From Candidatus Sulfobium sp. (GTDB taxonomy: Bacteria > Nitrospirota > Thermodesulfovibrionia > Thermodesulfovibrionales > UBA6898), in the NCBI GenBank assembly GCA_037380845.1, contig JARRRI010000022.1, forward strand, positions 13,767-59,146: 45,380 bases of DNA. The letters run 5' to 3'. The notes below the pieces were generated by a model, which was given only the letters and a program-made list of their open reading frames with translations, was not told the origin of the DNA and made no database searches. Shown here piece by piece: positions 20,433 to 30,157 of this stretch (within the stretch, counting starts at the first letter, position 1; every line of letters begins with the position of its first letter). Made by a program: the position numbers and the translations under genes.

Positions 20433-21800
20433 TTGACACACGGAAATGAAACCACAAGTCTGACCATGGGAAGCCTGTGGGCGAACATATGGGAGATCTC
20501 CTGGCCGATGCTCCTGATCATGGTGTTCTTTTTCCTGGTCGGCTTTACCGATATATATGTGGCCGGCCTGATAAGCTCGCAGGTACAGGCAGCGGTGGGC
20601 TTTATCGACCAGCTCTATTTCCTCATCATAATCATCGCCAACGCCATCAGTGTGGGCACGCTGGCCCTGGTGTCGAGAGCGGCGGGATCCGGGGACAAGG
20701 AGAGGGCCCTTCTGATCGCCCGCCAGTCGCTTCTTTTCAGCGTGCTGATCGCCCTGGTGATTTCATTGATCGGCCTGTTTTTCTACAGGGAGATCGTCAT
20801 ACTGGCCGGGGTCCCCGCCGATATCAGGGGCATCGCTGAAAAGTTCCTGAGGATATTCGCCCTGGCCCTCGGCCCCAACTATATCCTGATCATCTCCAAC
20901 GCCGTATTCCGCGCCAGCGGAGAAGTGAAAAAGCCGCTTGTCACCATGTTCATAGTGAGCCTCTGCAACATGGCAGGCGATTTTGTGCTGGTCTTCGGCC
21001 TTTCCTTCTTTCCGAAGATGGGATACGCCGGCATCGCGGCCTCAACCGCGGTCTCGGTTACTGCGGGGATGGTCATTAATCTCCTTTTCCTGACCAGGGG
21101 ATGGTGGAGGGCCTTTTATTCCGGTACCTGGAAGCTTTCTCTCGATCTGATCAAAAGGATCGCCGGGCTCAGCTGGCCAGCGGCGATGCTCCAAGTGGCA
21201 TGGAACGCCGGCACCATCGTCCTTTACAATATCCTGGGCCGTCTCGGAGCGGAGAGTGTCACGGCGCTTGCCTCGATCACCAGCGGCCTCAGGATAGAGG
21301 CGATCATATATCTGCCGGCCTTCGCCCTCAACATGGCCGCCTCGGTCCTGGTGGGCCAGAACCTGGGGGCGGGGAACCCCGACAGGGCGGAAAAGGTCGG
21401 CTGGAAAATCGCCCAGGCGGGAATCCTGCTTGTAAGTCTGATGGCCCTCGTCATCTTCATCTGGGCGGGGCATGTCGCGTCTTCGCTCACCAGGAACCCT
21501 GCGGTGCTTGAGGAGACCACGATCTACCTGAGGATCAACATGCTCTCCGAGCCCTTCATGGCGCTCAGCGCGATACTGGGCGGCGGCCTTCAGGGGGCGG
21601 GTGATACAAAGGGGACGATGTGGGTCATCATAATCGCCATGTGGATCATCAGGCTGCCTCTTGCCTACGTCGTCGCCCTGGTGCTCGATTACGGGGCAAC
21701 AGGCGTCTGGGTGGTTATGATAACCTCGATGACCGCCCAGGGTCTTCTGATGGCAAGGAGGTTTCACAGGGGGCATTGGAAAACGTTGAAGGTGGATTGA
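20433..21800 (+). CDS. MATE family efflux transporter
   Basis: About 12 TM in two repeats; VFRASGE, LVGQNLGAG and LQGAGDT; TTG start has a GGAG RBS. Confidence 0.92.
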   Translation: MTHGNETTSLTMGSLWANIWEISWPMLLIMVFFFLVGFTDIYVAGLISSQVQAAVGFIDQLYFLIIIIANAISVGTLALVSRAAGSGDKERALLIARQSLLFSVLIALVISLIGLFFYREIVILAGVPADIRGIAEKFLRIFALALGPNYILIISNAVFRASGEVKKPLVTMFIVSLCNMAGDFVLVFGLSFFPKMGYAGIAASTAVSVTAGMVINLLFLTRGWWRAFYSGTWKLSLDLIKRIAGLSWPAAMLQVAWNAGTIVLYNILGRLGAESVTALASITSGLRIEAIIYLPAFALNMAASVLVGQNLGAGNPDRAEKVGWKIAQAGILLVSLMALVIFIWAGHVASSLTRNPAVLEETTIYLRINMLSEPFMALSAILGGGLQGAGDTKGTMWVIIIAMWIIRLPLAYVVALVLDYGATGVWVVMITSMTAQGLLMARRFHRGHWKTLKVD

Positions 21801-21820
21801 TGCCGCCAAATACAAATATT

Positions 21821-21994
21821 GTCGTCATGTCCGAAATTCTCAGACGGGCCGGCCAATCTGCCTGCAAACCCGGATTCCCGATGCGGGTCTCCGCTTAGGG
21901 TCGCTACGACTTCGCTGAGAGTCGCTTCGACCCGATTACTGCCTCGGGAACGACAAACTTGAAAAGCAGATCTCTTATGAAACGTTATGGTAAA
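21821..21994 (-). repeat. dispersed REP-like composite repeat, copy A
   Basis: Reverse complement aligns by eye with 41647-41809. Confidence 0.75.
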
Positions 21995-22097
21995 TGCCAC
22001 GTAAGACTGAGGGCCTTAGGGGCTATGCGGAGTTCAGGATATGGACTTTTTCAGCATGTTCGCCTCTCTTTGAGCCTGATCAGGATAGAATATGGGT

Positions 22098-23318
22098 ATG
22101 TTGAGACTGTTTAATTCACTGGGGAAGAAGATGGAAGAGTTCCATCCCATCGACAAAAAAGAGGTCGTGAATATCTTTACCTGCGGACCTTCGGTCTATC
22201 AGAGGGTCCATATAGGCAATTTCAGGACGTTCCTCTTCGAGGACGTCCTCGTGCGGTACCTGGAATATTCCGGTTACAGGGTGCAAAGAGGGATGACCAT
22301 TACGGACGTCGAGGACAAGGCGATCGAAGAAGCTGCAAAGAAGAGGAACGGGCTGTACCGGCTGGCCGAGGAAAACATAAGGAGGTTCCTCAGAGACGCT
22401 AAACTGCTACGCATAAAGGTCCCGGACTTCCTTCCCCGGGCGTCGGAAAGCGTGGAAGAGGCGGTGGACCTGATAGAGTCGCTCCTCCGAAAGAAGGTGG
22501 CCTATTGGCATGAAGACAACGTATACTTCGATCCACTGAAGTTCCCCGGCTTCGGGAAACTCTACGGCCTGGACATGTCAAGGTGGCCTTCAAAAAAGAG
22601 GAGGTTTCACAAAGACACCTATCCGGGAATGAGATGGAACCTCGGGGACTTTATTCTATGGCACGGATACAAAGACGGCGAGAAATATTACTGGGACACG
22701 AAGATAGGCCGGGGGAGACCAGCCTGGAACATCCAGGACCCCGCGATGGTCAGCCGGTACTTCGACGAACCTCTGTCCGCCTACTGCGGCGGTATCGACA
22801 ATCTGGTGAGACATCATGACTATACATGCGCCGTCCTTGAGTCGGTGAGGCCGTACCCGGCCGCGAAGTTCTGGCTCCATTGCCGGCATCTCCTCGTGGA
22901 AGGCAAAAAGATGTCGAAGAGCAAGGGAAACATCCACTATACGGACACACTTCTGAAGAAAGGTTACAATGCAGAGGAAGTCAGGTTCTTCCTCATCTAC
23001 GGCCGCTACCGAAGGCGGCTCAACTTCTCGGACACTGCTCTGAAATCGGCAGCAGGGAAACTGGGCCGGTTCAGAAAATACGTTAAGGAGATAAAGGCAA
23101 GGGCCGTCGCCGGGAGGACCGTCCCCTGCGATGTCTCACGACGGCTACATTCGGTCTTCATCGAAAAGATGGACGAAGACCTCGACGTAAAATCGGCCTT
23201 CGATGCGATGCAGGACGTGCTTTGCCGGGTAAAGGCGGAAGAATTGAAACCCGGCGAAGCCGTGCATGTTCTGAAGACACTGCGGGAAATAGACAAGGTC
23301 CTGCAGGTCGTCTTTTAG
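22098..23318 (+). CDS. cysteinyl-tRNA synthetase-like paralogue (class I aaRS fold, divergent active site, no anticodon domain)
   Basis: CGPSVY, HIGN and KMSKS present; GRPAWNIQDPAM and HHDYT replace GRPGWHIECSAM and HHENE; about 406 aa. Confidence 0.85.
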   Translation: MLRLFNSLGKKMEEFHPIDKKEVVNIFTCGPSVYQRVHIGNFRTFLFEDVLVRYLEYSGYRVQRGMTITDVEDKAIEEAAKKRNGLYRLAEENIRRFLRDAKLLRIKVPDFLPRASESVEEAVDLIESLLRKKVAYWHEDNVYFDPLKFPGFGKLYGLDMSRWPSKKRRFHKDTYPGMRWNLGDFILWHGYKDGEKYYWDTKIGRGRPAWNIQDPAMVSRYFDEPLSAYCGGIDNLVRHHDYTCAVLESVRPYPAAKFWLHCRHLLVEGKKMSKSKGNIHYTDTLLKKGYNAEEVRFFLIYGRYRRRLNFSDTALKSAAGKLGRFRKYVKEIKARAVAGRTVPCDVSRRLHSVFIEKMDEDLDVKSAFDAMQDVLCRVKAEELKPGEAVHVLKTLREIDKVLQVVF

Positions 23319-23407
23319 CCGTCAAACCATGCAAGGGCAGAAAGGGTGTCCAAAAATGTCGCGATCAGACCAAAATAAGTGGTCGCGATGCTCCTGAATT
23401 TGCAGTG

Positions 23408-23818
23408 TCACTTACCGCCAAATTCTTTTTCGACCCTTTCCTTTATCTGTTTTACTGTATGTCCCTGCTTATACAACTCGGAAGCCATCAAGGCCTCCCT
23501 GAGACAAATATTTCAAGTTGCAGCGTGGCCGTCAACATAGCAGCTAAGAAGACTCTTGTGTCTAAATGCAGGGGACTCTTCACAAAGACAGGCGCAGTAG
23601 AGGCTGTCCAGTACCCAGGGGATGTTTTTTGCAGCCTGGTGGGCCTGTCTCAACCAGGAATTAGTAAACGTGTCAGGGTTGAGGGTTTCTCTTGTCTCCC
23701 CGTATCTCAGGGACTGGTCGAACCTGCCGCTTGCGTACCTGTCGGCTGCTTCCGCAGTTCCCGCAATCAACAGGACGGCAATTGCCATACCGTACAATAC
23801 GACATTCAAGCGCCTCAT
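23408..23818 (-). CDS. PCYCGC/CYCxC-type secreted protein, probable selenoprotein (UGA at 23513-23515)
   Basis: Signal peptide; LYCACLC and HKSLLSCYVDGHAAT-TGA-NIC; reading frame continues 34 codons to ...EKEFGGK*. Confidence 0.85.
23477..23503 (-). promoter_or_regulatory. candidate bacterial SECIS hairpin
   Basis: CTC-AG-GGAGGCC-TTGAT-GGCTTCC-GAG stem-loop starting 9 nt after the UGA. Confidence 0.55.
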
Positions 23819-24108
23819 GTTATTACCTCGCTTTCATATGTTTTTATAAAAGTAACTTATTATTGTGAAGAAATATTGAAATTTCAAGCTCTTTTGAAGA
23901 TGTAAGGCCAAGGGCACATTTTCTTATGGACAGACACGAAGAATAACGCCATAACTATGCAGCTGATATCATGGGTAGGCGAGGGATCGAAGAGTGCCGA
24001 ATATGGATGGCCGGGGAATAATCAAGAATAAAGACCTGGCCCCTCGGACCTCTCTGTCCGGCGTGCACCCTCCACAAATATGCCGGAGATCGGATCTGTA
24101 AAAAGTTT

Positions 24109-25377
24109 TCACAGCAGCCGGGACGCCCGTTCGGCCACGGAGGATCGCGCCGTCTTGCTCAGATTGAGATAGCAGAAATTCTCCTCGTTGATGAACCTGT
24201 CGATAAGATATGCCAGACCGTTTGAGTGCGAATCGAGGAACGGATGGTCCACCTGCTCCAGATCGCCCGTAAAGACGATCTTTGTGCCCTCGCCGCACCT
24301 CGTTATGATCGTCTTGATATCAACAGGCCTCAACTGCTGCGCCTCGTCGACGATAAAATAACGCCTCGGCAGAGACCGGCCCCGTATATAAGTCAGGGGT
24401 TCGATCTGAATCACGCCCGAATCGATCAGATACTGATAGCTCCTGTACTTTACCGAGATATTGTCCTTGATCAGGCCCCTGGGCGTCCCCACAATAATCT
24501 CCAGGTTGTCGAAGATCGGCTGCATCCAGGGGTTCAGTTTCTCTTTTATATCGCCGGGCAGATACCCGATATCTATGCCCCCCAGAGGGACCGTCGGCCG
24601 TGCAACGAGGACCTGCTCGTAAAGCGGAGACTTCTTGGTCGTCTGGTGGAGGGCCGCGCTCAGTGCAAGAAGCGTCTTGCCCGTACCCGCCGTGCCCGTG
24701 AGGGCCACTATCTCGATTTCAGGCCTGGTCAGGGCATCGATCGCGCATTCCTGCTCCCTGTTTTTCGGAGAGATATTGTCCAGCGACCTGCTGCTTTTTA
24801 TCTTCGACTCGTTGTCCTTTCCCTGCAGCCTGAAGATGCCGGAGTCTGACTGCATATAGCGTATGGACAGTATTTTCCTTGAAGACTCTTTCCCCTCCAG
24901 GACCCGCCCGTGCTCTCTATAGATGGACGTCTTGTCATGCTTGTAATCCTGGGACGAGATCCCGAAGGACTCGGCTTTGATCCTGACCGCCGTGTCCTTC
25001 GACACAACCGCCACACCGCCGTTCTTATTCTTCCCGGCAAACTTCGCGGCGACCGATATGATCCTGTTGTCGGGCGAGTCCTTCAGTAACAGCGTTGACC
25101 GTTCATCGGTCTCTATCCGCAGCGTCCCCCCCTTGCCGTTGGGAATCATCACCCCTTTCGACAGATCGCCCTTGCCGCCGCTGCCGTTCTTGCAGAGCGA
25201 CCCCAGGAACTTCAGTGCCTGCCGGGCCGAGTAGGGTATCTCGCCGTGCCCCTTTTTCAGTTCGTCGAGCTCCTCGATCACCGAGATGGGGATCAGAATG
25301 TCATTGTCTTCGAACTTGAAGACAGATTTTGGATCGTGGATGAGGACGTTTGTGTCAAGGACGTAGATCTTTTTCAT
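24109..25377 (-). CDS. PIN domain-PhoH ATPase (PhoH2/YlaK-like)
   Basis: YVLDTNVL (PIN), GTAGTGKT (Walker A), IRGRSL, VDEAQ and TGDLEQVD. Confidence 0.93.
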   Translation of the reverse strand: MKKIYVLDTNVLIHDPKSVFKFEDNDILIPISVIEELDELKKGHGEIPYSARQALKFLGSLCKNGSGGKGDLSKGVMIPNGKGGTLRIETDERSTLLLKDSPDNRIISVAAKFAGKNKNGGVAVVSKDTAVRIKAESFGISSQDYKHDKTSIYREHGRVLEGKESSRKILSIRYMQSDSGIFRLQGKDNESKIKSSRSLDNISPKNREQECAIDALTRPEIEIVALTGTAGTGKTLLALSAALHQTTKKSPLYEQVLVARPTVPLGGIDIGYLPGDIKEKLNPWMQPIFDNLEIIVGTPRGLIKDNISVKYRSYQYLIDSGVIQIEPLTYIRGRSLPRRYFIVDEAQQLRPVDIKTIITRCGEGTKIVFTGDLEQVDHPFLDSHSNGLAYLIDRFINEENFCYLNLSKTARSSVAERASRLL

Positions 25378-25684
25378 GTCTCGCCTGTCTCCTTCCCGAA
25401 AATATGCGGACGTACTGTCCCATGAGAAAGTTCATAGATGCCCTCCTCGATATTTTTTGAACACCGGAGACGTGAACTGGTAAACCGGAAGGGGAAAAAG
25501 GGAAAAAATCCTGGCAGGTATATCTACCCTGTAGCGAACAGCCTGTCCTGGCCGTCCGTCTGCATTATGCATGAAAAAACACAACCATTACACGTATTAT
25601 TACAATTAAAATATTTTTTTACAATAAGGGACGGGAGTCTGCAAGGAACAAGACCTGCCGGCCCTCCCAGCGAACAGGGTTATG

Positions 25685-26188
25685 CTACTGGGAATATCTG
25701 CCTTTTGGCAGAGGGTTTTTGAACGCATCCGGAAGAACAAATTTCACACTGTCTTCGACTCTGCCTTTTTTCACGGTCACCTCAAGTTTCCACTTTCCCT
25801 TTTTCTTCAGATGAAGTCCCGAAACAATGTAGAGTCCGTTGCCCCTGTCCTTTATCGTCGGGGTCAACTTGGAGCTCTTGCCGCTGGTGAGATCCGTGAG
25901 GACAAAACTTAGCTCCGCGCCCTTAACGTCCTCGTCGCGGGCATTATGGACTACGATGCCGATGACGTTCTTCCCGATGTTGTACTCTTCGTCATTGGGA
26001 AGGATTTCCACACTGTACGCCGCATGATCCGTAATATCGAAGAGTGTCTTCTGAAAATGCTTTGTGAAGACCGCCTTGGCGCCGTTTGCAAATCCTCCTT
26101 GCTGATGAGCATCGCACGGGAAATTGCCCGCAGCCAGGGCCACTATCATGACGACTGCGGCCATTCCGCAGGATATGGAAACCTTCAT
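25685..26188 (-). CDS. secreted YtkA/FixH-like Ig-fold protein
   Basis: Signal peptide; GNGLY...GKWKLEVTV pattern; AGGAGG RBS. Confidence 0.7.
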   Translation of the reverse strand: MKVSISCGMAAVVMIVALAAGNFPCDAHQQGGFANGAKAVFTKHFQKTLFDITDHAAYSVEILPNDEEYNIGKNVIGIVVHNARDEDVKGAELSFVLTDLTSGKSSKLTPTIKDRGNGLYIVSGLHLKKKGKWKLEVTVKKGRVEDSVKFVLPDAFKNPLPKGRYSQ

Positions 26189-26322
26189 TTTTCTCCCTCC
26201 TCACTTCTTTGTTGTTAAGTGTAGTCCAAAACGTAAAAGGAAGCCAGAGGGCAAGGGTAAAGATTGTAAGTGGGATCGCGGACGTTGCTTCTAATCGTTT
26301 GTCTTCTCCCCGCTTGATTGTT

Positions 26323-26346
26323 AAAAGGCGGGCCGGTAAACCCGCC
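26323..26346 (-). terminator. intrinsic terminator of the cold-shock gene
   Basis: GGCGGG-loop-CCCGCC-TTTT. Confidence 0.65.
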
Positions 26347-26371
26347 ATGTTTTCTGCCTTTTTGGAGTCTT

Positions 26372-26569
26372 CTATTCTTTTACTACGTTGACAGCCTTTG
26401 GTCCCTTTGGGCCCTGTTCGACATCGAACGTCACCTGATCACCTTCAGCAAGCGACTTGAAGCCGCTTCCCACGATAGAGGTATGATGGACAAAAACATC
26501 GGTTCCATCTTCGGCTGTAATAAATCCGAATCCCTTTGAGTCATTGAACCACTTTACTGTTCCCTTCAT
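26372..26569 (-). CDS. cspA: cold-shock protein
   Basis: [17 protein letters not shown]...DVFVHH (RNP1/RNP2). Confidence 0.95.
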   Translation of the reverse strand: MKGTVKWFNDSKGFGFITAEDGTDVFVHHTSIVGSGFKSLAEGDQVTFDVEQGPKGPKAVNVVKE

Positions 26570-26885
26570 AGTACTGTTGTTCTCCTTGCGATATGAAATA
26601 AACAAAAACAGGACAAAATGCCCCGTGGTCACCGCTTAAAAAGCGACACTTTGTTAATAGCACTAATAAGCGAGAAAAGCAACATTATTATTCTATTATG
26701 CGGCAAAGAAAGTGGATAAAGCTTGCTTTTTCCGGCATTCTCTCATTTTTCTGGCGCGGATAGTGAAGCAGCAAGACACTTTTAAGTAGACGTAAAGCGC
26801 CTGTCATAGTATGATGTGATAAAAAGGGATGTCTGTTTTAGCTGAAAATGAATATCTTTAAAATTCCTTTCAAAAAGGAGGTTTT

Positions 26886-27113
26886 ATGGGATCATTCAGA
26901 GATAAAACAGAACGTTTTCTTGTTATTGACCATAGTGAAAATTATTCTTTTATTGCCTGCCAGAGTGATGAGGAAGTCGGGTTCTTTGTTAAATCCAGGA
27001 AATTGGAGCCGGATTATTTTTGGGTCCTGAATCTTGCCGATTGCACCATAGTAGAAGAACGTCTTCTTTTCGGACAGGACCATCAATTTGAAAAATTCGC
27101 ACAGGGGAAATAG
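26886..27113 (+). CDS. hypothetical protein (75 aa)
   Basis: AAGGAGG RBS; AT-rich. Confidence 0.6.
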   Translation: MGSFRDKTERFLVIDHSENYSFIACQSDEEVGFFVKSRKLEPDYFWVLNLADCTIVEERLLFGQDHQFEKFAQGK

Positions 27114-27364
27114 CTGATCTTAATAAGCCGGGATGGAACATAAGAATTGAACTCGTTGAGGTGGGACCGACGCGCCTCACAACCACAGCGTCGTCAAGAT
27201 CCATTCCCGCCGAGTCTCGTCAGTCGACTCAGTCATGACCGCCCTTCGCCTCTCCTTCACTTCACTGGCATCTCATCTGAATCCATGGATAATATGGGTA
27301 GGAGCTATCGGGGGTTATGGGAGAAAGCCGAATGGGTGCAGGCAGCGAAGAATAGCCGAACGGA

Positions 27365-27841
27365 ATGCCGGCCATTGGCCAAAAGACGCAACGATCGAGA
27401 GTAGCTACTGCCCGTGACATCGAATTATTCACTGAGATCAGCGGAGATCGGAATCCCTTGCACTATGATGAGGAAGCGGCCAGGAACACGCGCTTCGGCG
27501 GCATAGTAGTGCAAGGCGGTATAACCAGCGCAATACTTAATGCCGTCGTAGCTGAAGATCTCCCCGGCCCGGGGACAGTGTTTCTGCATGTCGACTGGAG
27601 TTTCAAGGCACCGGTGCGGCCGGGAGATACGATCAGCGGTGAAGTAAAGGTCGCCGCTGTGCGCGAGGATAAAGCCGTTGTCGAGCTGGAGACTCGCGTC
27701 TTACTACCCGACGACACTATTGTCCTGGAAGGCACCGCGGTCTGCCATACAATGCCCGTTAGAAAAAATAAGCTTTTGGTCGTGCAACCGCGATGCTTCC
27801 CCTGCGGCTCGCAGTTTCTGACGATTCCAGGCAAGGGTTAA
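27365..27841 (+). CDS. MaoC family dehydratase, probably damaged (in-frame TAG upstream at 27353; likely frameshifted C-terminus)
   Basis: SGDRNPLHYD...FGGIVVQG...PGPG...FKAPVRPGD hot-dog motif. Confidence 0.85.
   Translation: MPAIGQKTQRSRVATARDIELFTEISGDRNPLHYDEEAARNTRFGGIVVQGGITSAILNAVVAEDLPGPGTVFLHVDWSFKAPVRPGDTISGEVKVAAVREDKAVVELETRVLLPDDTIVLEGTAVCHTMPVRKNKLLVVQPRCFPCGSQFLTIPGKG
27715..27815 (+). repeat. ~100-bp direct repeat, copy 1 (3' part of the MaoC gene)
   Basis: Aligns with 29737-29839 with 9 substitutions and 2 single-base indels. Confidence 0.9.
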
Positions 27842-27949
27842 ATGTTGCTGCACTCGGGCAGATCTTGAAATCCTCCTGAAACCTGATAAGCTTGTCTTAC
27901 CTGAGACGGTTTCGACGTGCGCGCCTGAGGGCCGACCGAAGAGAAAACA

Positions 27950-29536
27950 ATGGAAAAATCGCGAACCACTGCCGATTCCGGCCCGAACGGAGAATGGCGT
28001 CCTGCAGTTAACCCGTGGCTTATCGCGGTCTCCGTGATGCTTGCCACCTTCATGGAGGTGCTGGACACCACGATCGTGACAGTTGCAGTCCCTCATATCG
28101 CAGGCAGCCTCTCGGCGAGCAATGACGAGGCCACATGGGTACTGACGAGCTACCTGGTCTCAAACGCCATTGTCCTGCCCGCCAGCGGCTGGCTTGCGGT
28201 CTATTTCGGCAGAAGGCGATTTCTCATCGCCTGTATCGTTATCTTCACACTTACTTCGATAGTAAGCGGGGCGGCGATCAGCCTGGAAATGCTCGTTATA
28301 GCGCGCGTCTTCCAGGGGGCCGGAGGCGGCGCCCTGCAGCCCATCTCCCAGGCCATACTGCTTGAAAGTTTTCCCCGCGAAAGAAGGGGGATGGCCATGG
28401 CTGCCTTTGCCGTGGGAGTGGTCGTCGCTCCCATACTGGGGCCGACACTCGGAGGGTGGCTTACCGACAATTATTCTTGGCGGTGGGCATTCTATATCAA
28501 TGTTCCGGTGGGGGTGCTGGCGGTGCTGATGATAGGGACTTTTGTCGAGGACCCTCCCTACCTGCGCGGGTCCGTGCCGGGAAAGATCGACTGGTTCGGC
28601 TTCTTCCTGATGGCTGTCGCCCTGGGGTCGCTCCAGATCATCCTTGACAAGGGGCAGCAGGACGACTGGTTCGCGGCTGCCTGGATCAGGTGGTTCGCCT
28701 TCGCCAGCGGGACCTCGCTGATCGTATTCATTATCTGGGAGCTGAAGACCCGGGATCCCGTCGTCAGGCTGAGGGTTTTCCGGGACAGAAACTTCGCCGT
28801 CGGAACCTTTCTGTTTGCTCTGGTGGGAGTAGTGCTCTATAGCGCAATCACCCTTATACCCCTTTTTCTGCAGCCCCTGATGGGGTACTCGGCGCTGCAG
28901 AGCGGCCTGGCGGTGAGTCCTCGTGGGGTGGGAGCCCTTCTGGCCATGCCTCTGGTCGGTTATCTGACGGACAAGATCGATTTCAGGAAGCTCATCGGGA
29001 CAGGTTTCTTCCTGGTGGCCGTTTCCCTCTGGATCATCAGCGACCTCAGCCTTGAGACACCAATAGTGAATATCGCCTGGCCGTCTGTCATGACCGGGGT
29101 GGGACTTTCGATGCTCTTCGTCCCCCTGACGACAGTTGCCATGGGCAACCTGGCGCAGAAGGATATCGGAAACGCAAGTGGTGTATTTAATCTCATGCGA
29201 AACATCGGGGGCAGCTTCGGCGTCTCTCTTCTGACGACATATCTGGTCCGCCATACCCAGGCGAACCAGACGACGCTCGTTTCACGCCTTACTCCGTGGG
29301 ATGTTCCCTACCAGCAGAAGCTCGGAGAAGTGCAGAACTACCTCGCCGCCCGCATAGCGCCGACTGAGGCGGCTCGTCATGCACAAGGTTTTATATACGA
29401 CTCCCTTTTGAAGCAGTCGCAGCTTCTGGCCTTTGTTGAAACATTCAGGACTATCGCCGTCCTTTCCCTGATCTGTATCGGCGTGGCACTCTTCCTCCGG
29501 AGGGTGCGGCAACGCCGGCCCTTAGCCCCGCACTAA
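27950..29536 (+). CDS. DHA2 (EmrB/QacA) MFS efflux permease
   Basis: ATFMEVLDTTIV, WVLTSYLV, QGAGGG, GPTLGGWLTDNYSWRWAFYINVP and RNIGGSFG. Confidence 0.95.
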   Translation: MEKSRTTADSGPNGEWRPAVNPWLIAVSVMLATFMEVLDTTIVTVAVPHIAGSLSASNDEATWVLTSYLVSNAIVLPASGWLAVYFGRRRFLIACIVIFTLTSIVSGAAISLEMLVIARVFQGAGGGALQPISQAILLESFPRERRGMAMAAFAVGVVVAPILGPTLGGWLTDNYSWRWAFYINVPVGVLAVLMIGTFVEDPPYLRGSVPGKIDWFGFFLMAVALGSLQIILDKGQQDDWFAAAWIRWFAFASGTSLIVFIIWELKTRDPVVRLRVFRDRNFAVGTFLFALVGVVLYSAITLIPLFLQPLMGYSALQSGLAVSPRGVGALLAMPLVGYLTDKIDFRKLIGTGFFLVAVSLWIISDLSLETPIVNIAWPSVMTGVGLSMLFVPLTTVAMGNLAQKDIGNASGVFNLMRNIGGSFGVSLLTTYLVRHTQANQTTLVSRLTPWDVPYQQKLGEVQNYLAARIAPTEAARHAQGFIYDSLLKQSQLLAFVETFRTIAVLSLICIGVALFLRRVRQRRPLAPH

Positions 29537-29736
29537 CCCAATCTGCGCGTCGTCTGATTGACCTGAGCAGGTTCACGGTCCGCTCCACCAAACCAGATCT
29601 GCGTCTCGAGCTCAGCGACCGGGTCGAGGTCGCCGTCGTGATAGGCTTTCTCTAGTGCAGAAGCTTGGACAGGCTCCGGGACATCAAGCGTGAGACCGGT
29701 TGGAGTTGAACCAACCATAATGAGTGCGGCTACAGG
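29537..29736 (-). pseudogene. internal fragment resembling an alpha/beta hydrolase
   Basis: VAALIMVGSTPTGL...AELETQIWFGG segment without its own start; abuts repeat copy 2. Confidence 0.4.
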
Positions 29737-29839
29737 CACTCTTGTCCTGGAAGGCACTGCGGGTCTGCTATACAGTGCCTGTTAGAAAGAAATAAGCTCT
29801 TGGTCGCGCAACCGCGATGCTTCCCCTGCGACTCGAAGT
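29737..29839 (+). repeat. ~100-bp direct repeat, copy 2
   Basis: Matches 27715-27815. Confidence 0.9.
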
Positions 29840-30157
29840 AATAAGGTCAGGCCTGAGACGATACGCAGTAAATAGAGCCTCCGGGAATTCCGAAGAACAA
29901 ACTTACTCACAGTAATCGATACGTCATAGGATCTCCACAAATTTGTTGGTTCCTTCCTGTAACAAACACTTGTAACAGACGATGGGCGACTAGAGATTAC
30001 AATCGTAAATCGACAGTAACGCCCCGGCATTTTCTTGTTACAGCCTCGCTGAATCTCCTGTTATAGACGAACATCACATCGTATGGTATCTTGACGTTAT
30101 AGGGGGTTATAGCTCGCCACCTTGTCAACCGATGCATAAACAAAAGGAGGGGCAATC

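Noticed and set aside
25585..25625. Pho-box-like TGTAAT repeats upstream of the PhoH gene
   Set aside because: 12-nt spacing rather than 11, in AT-rich sequence
27715..29839. Direct repeat as a DGR template/variable pair
   Set aside because: Mismatches are mostly C/T transitions plus indels, not adenine-specific; no reverse transcriptase in the window
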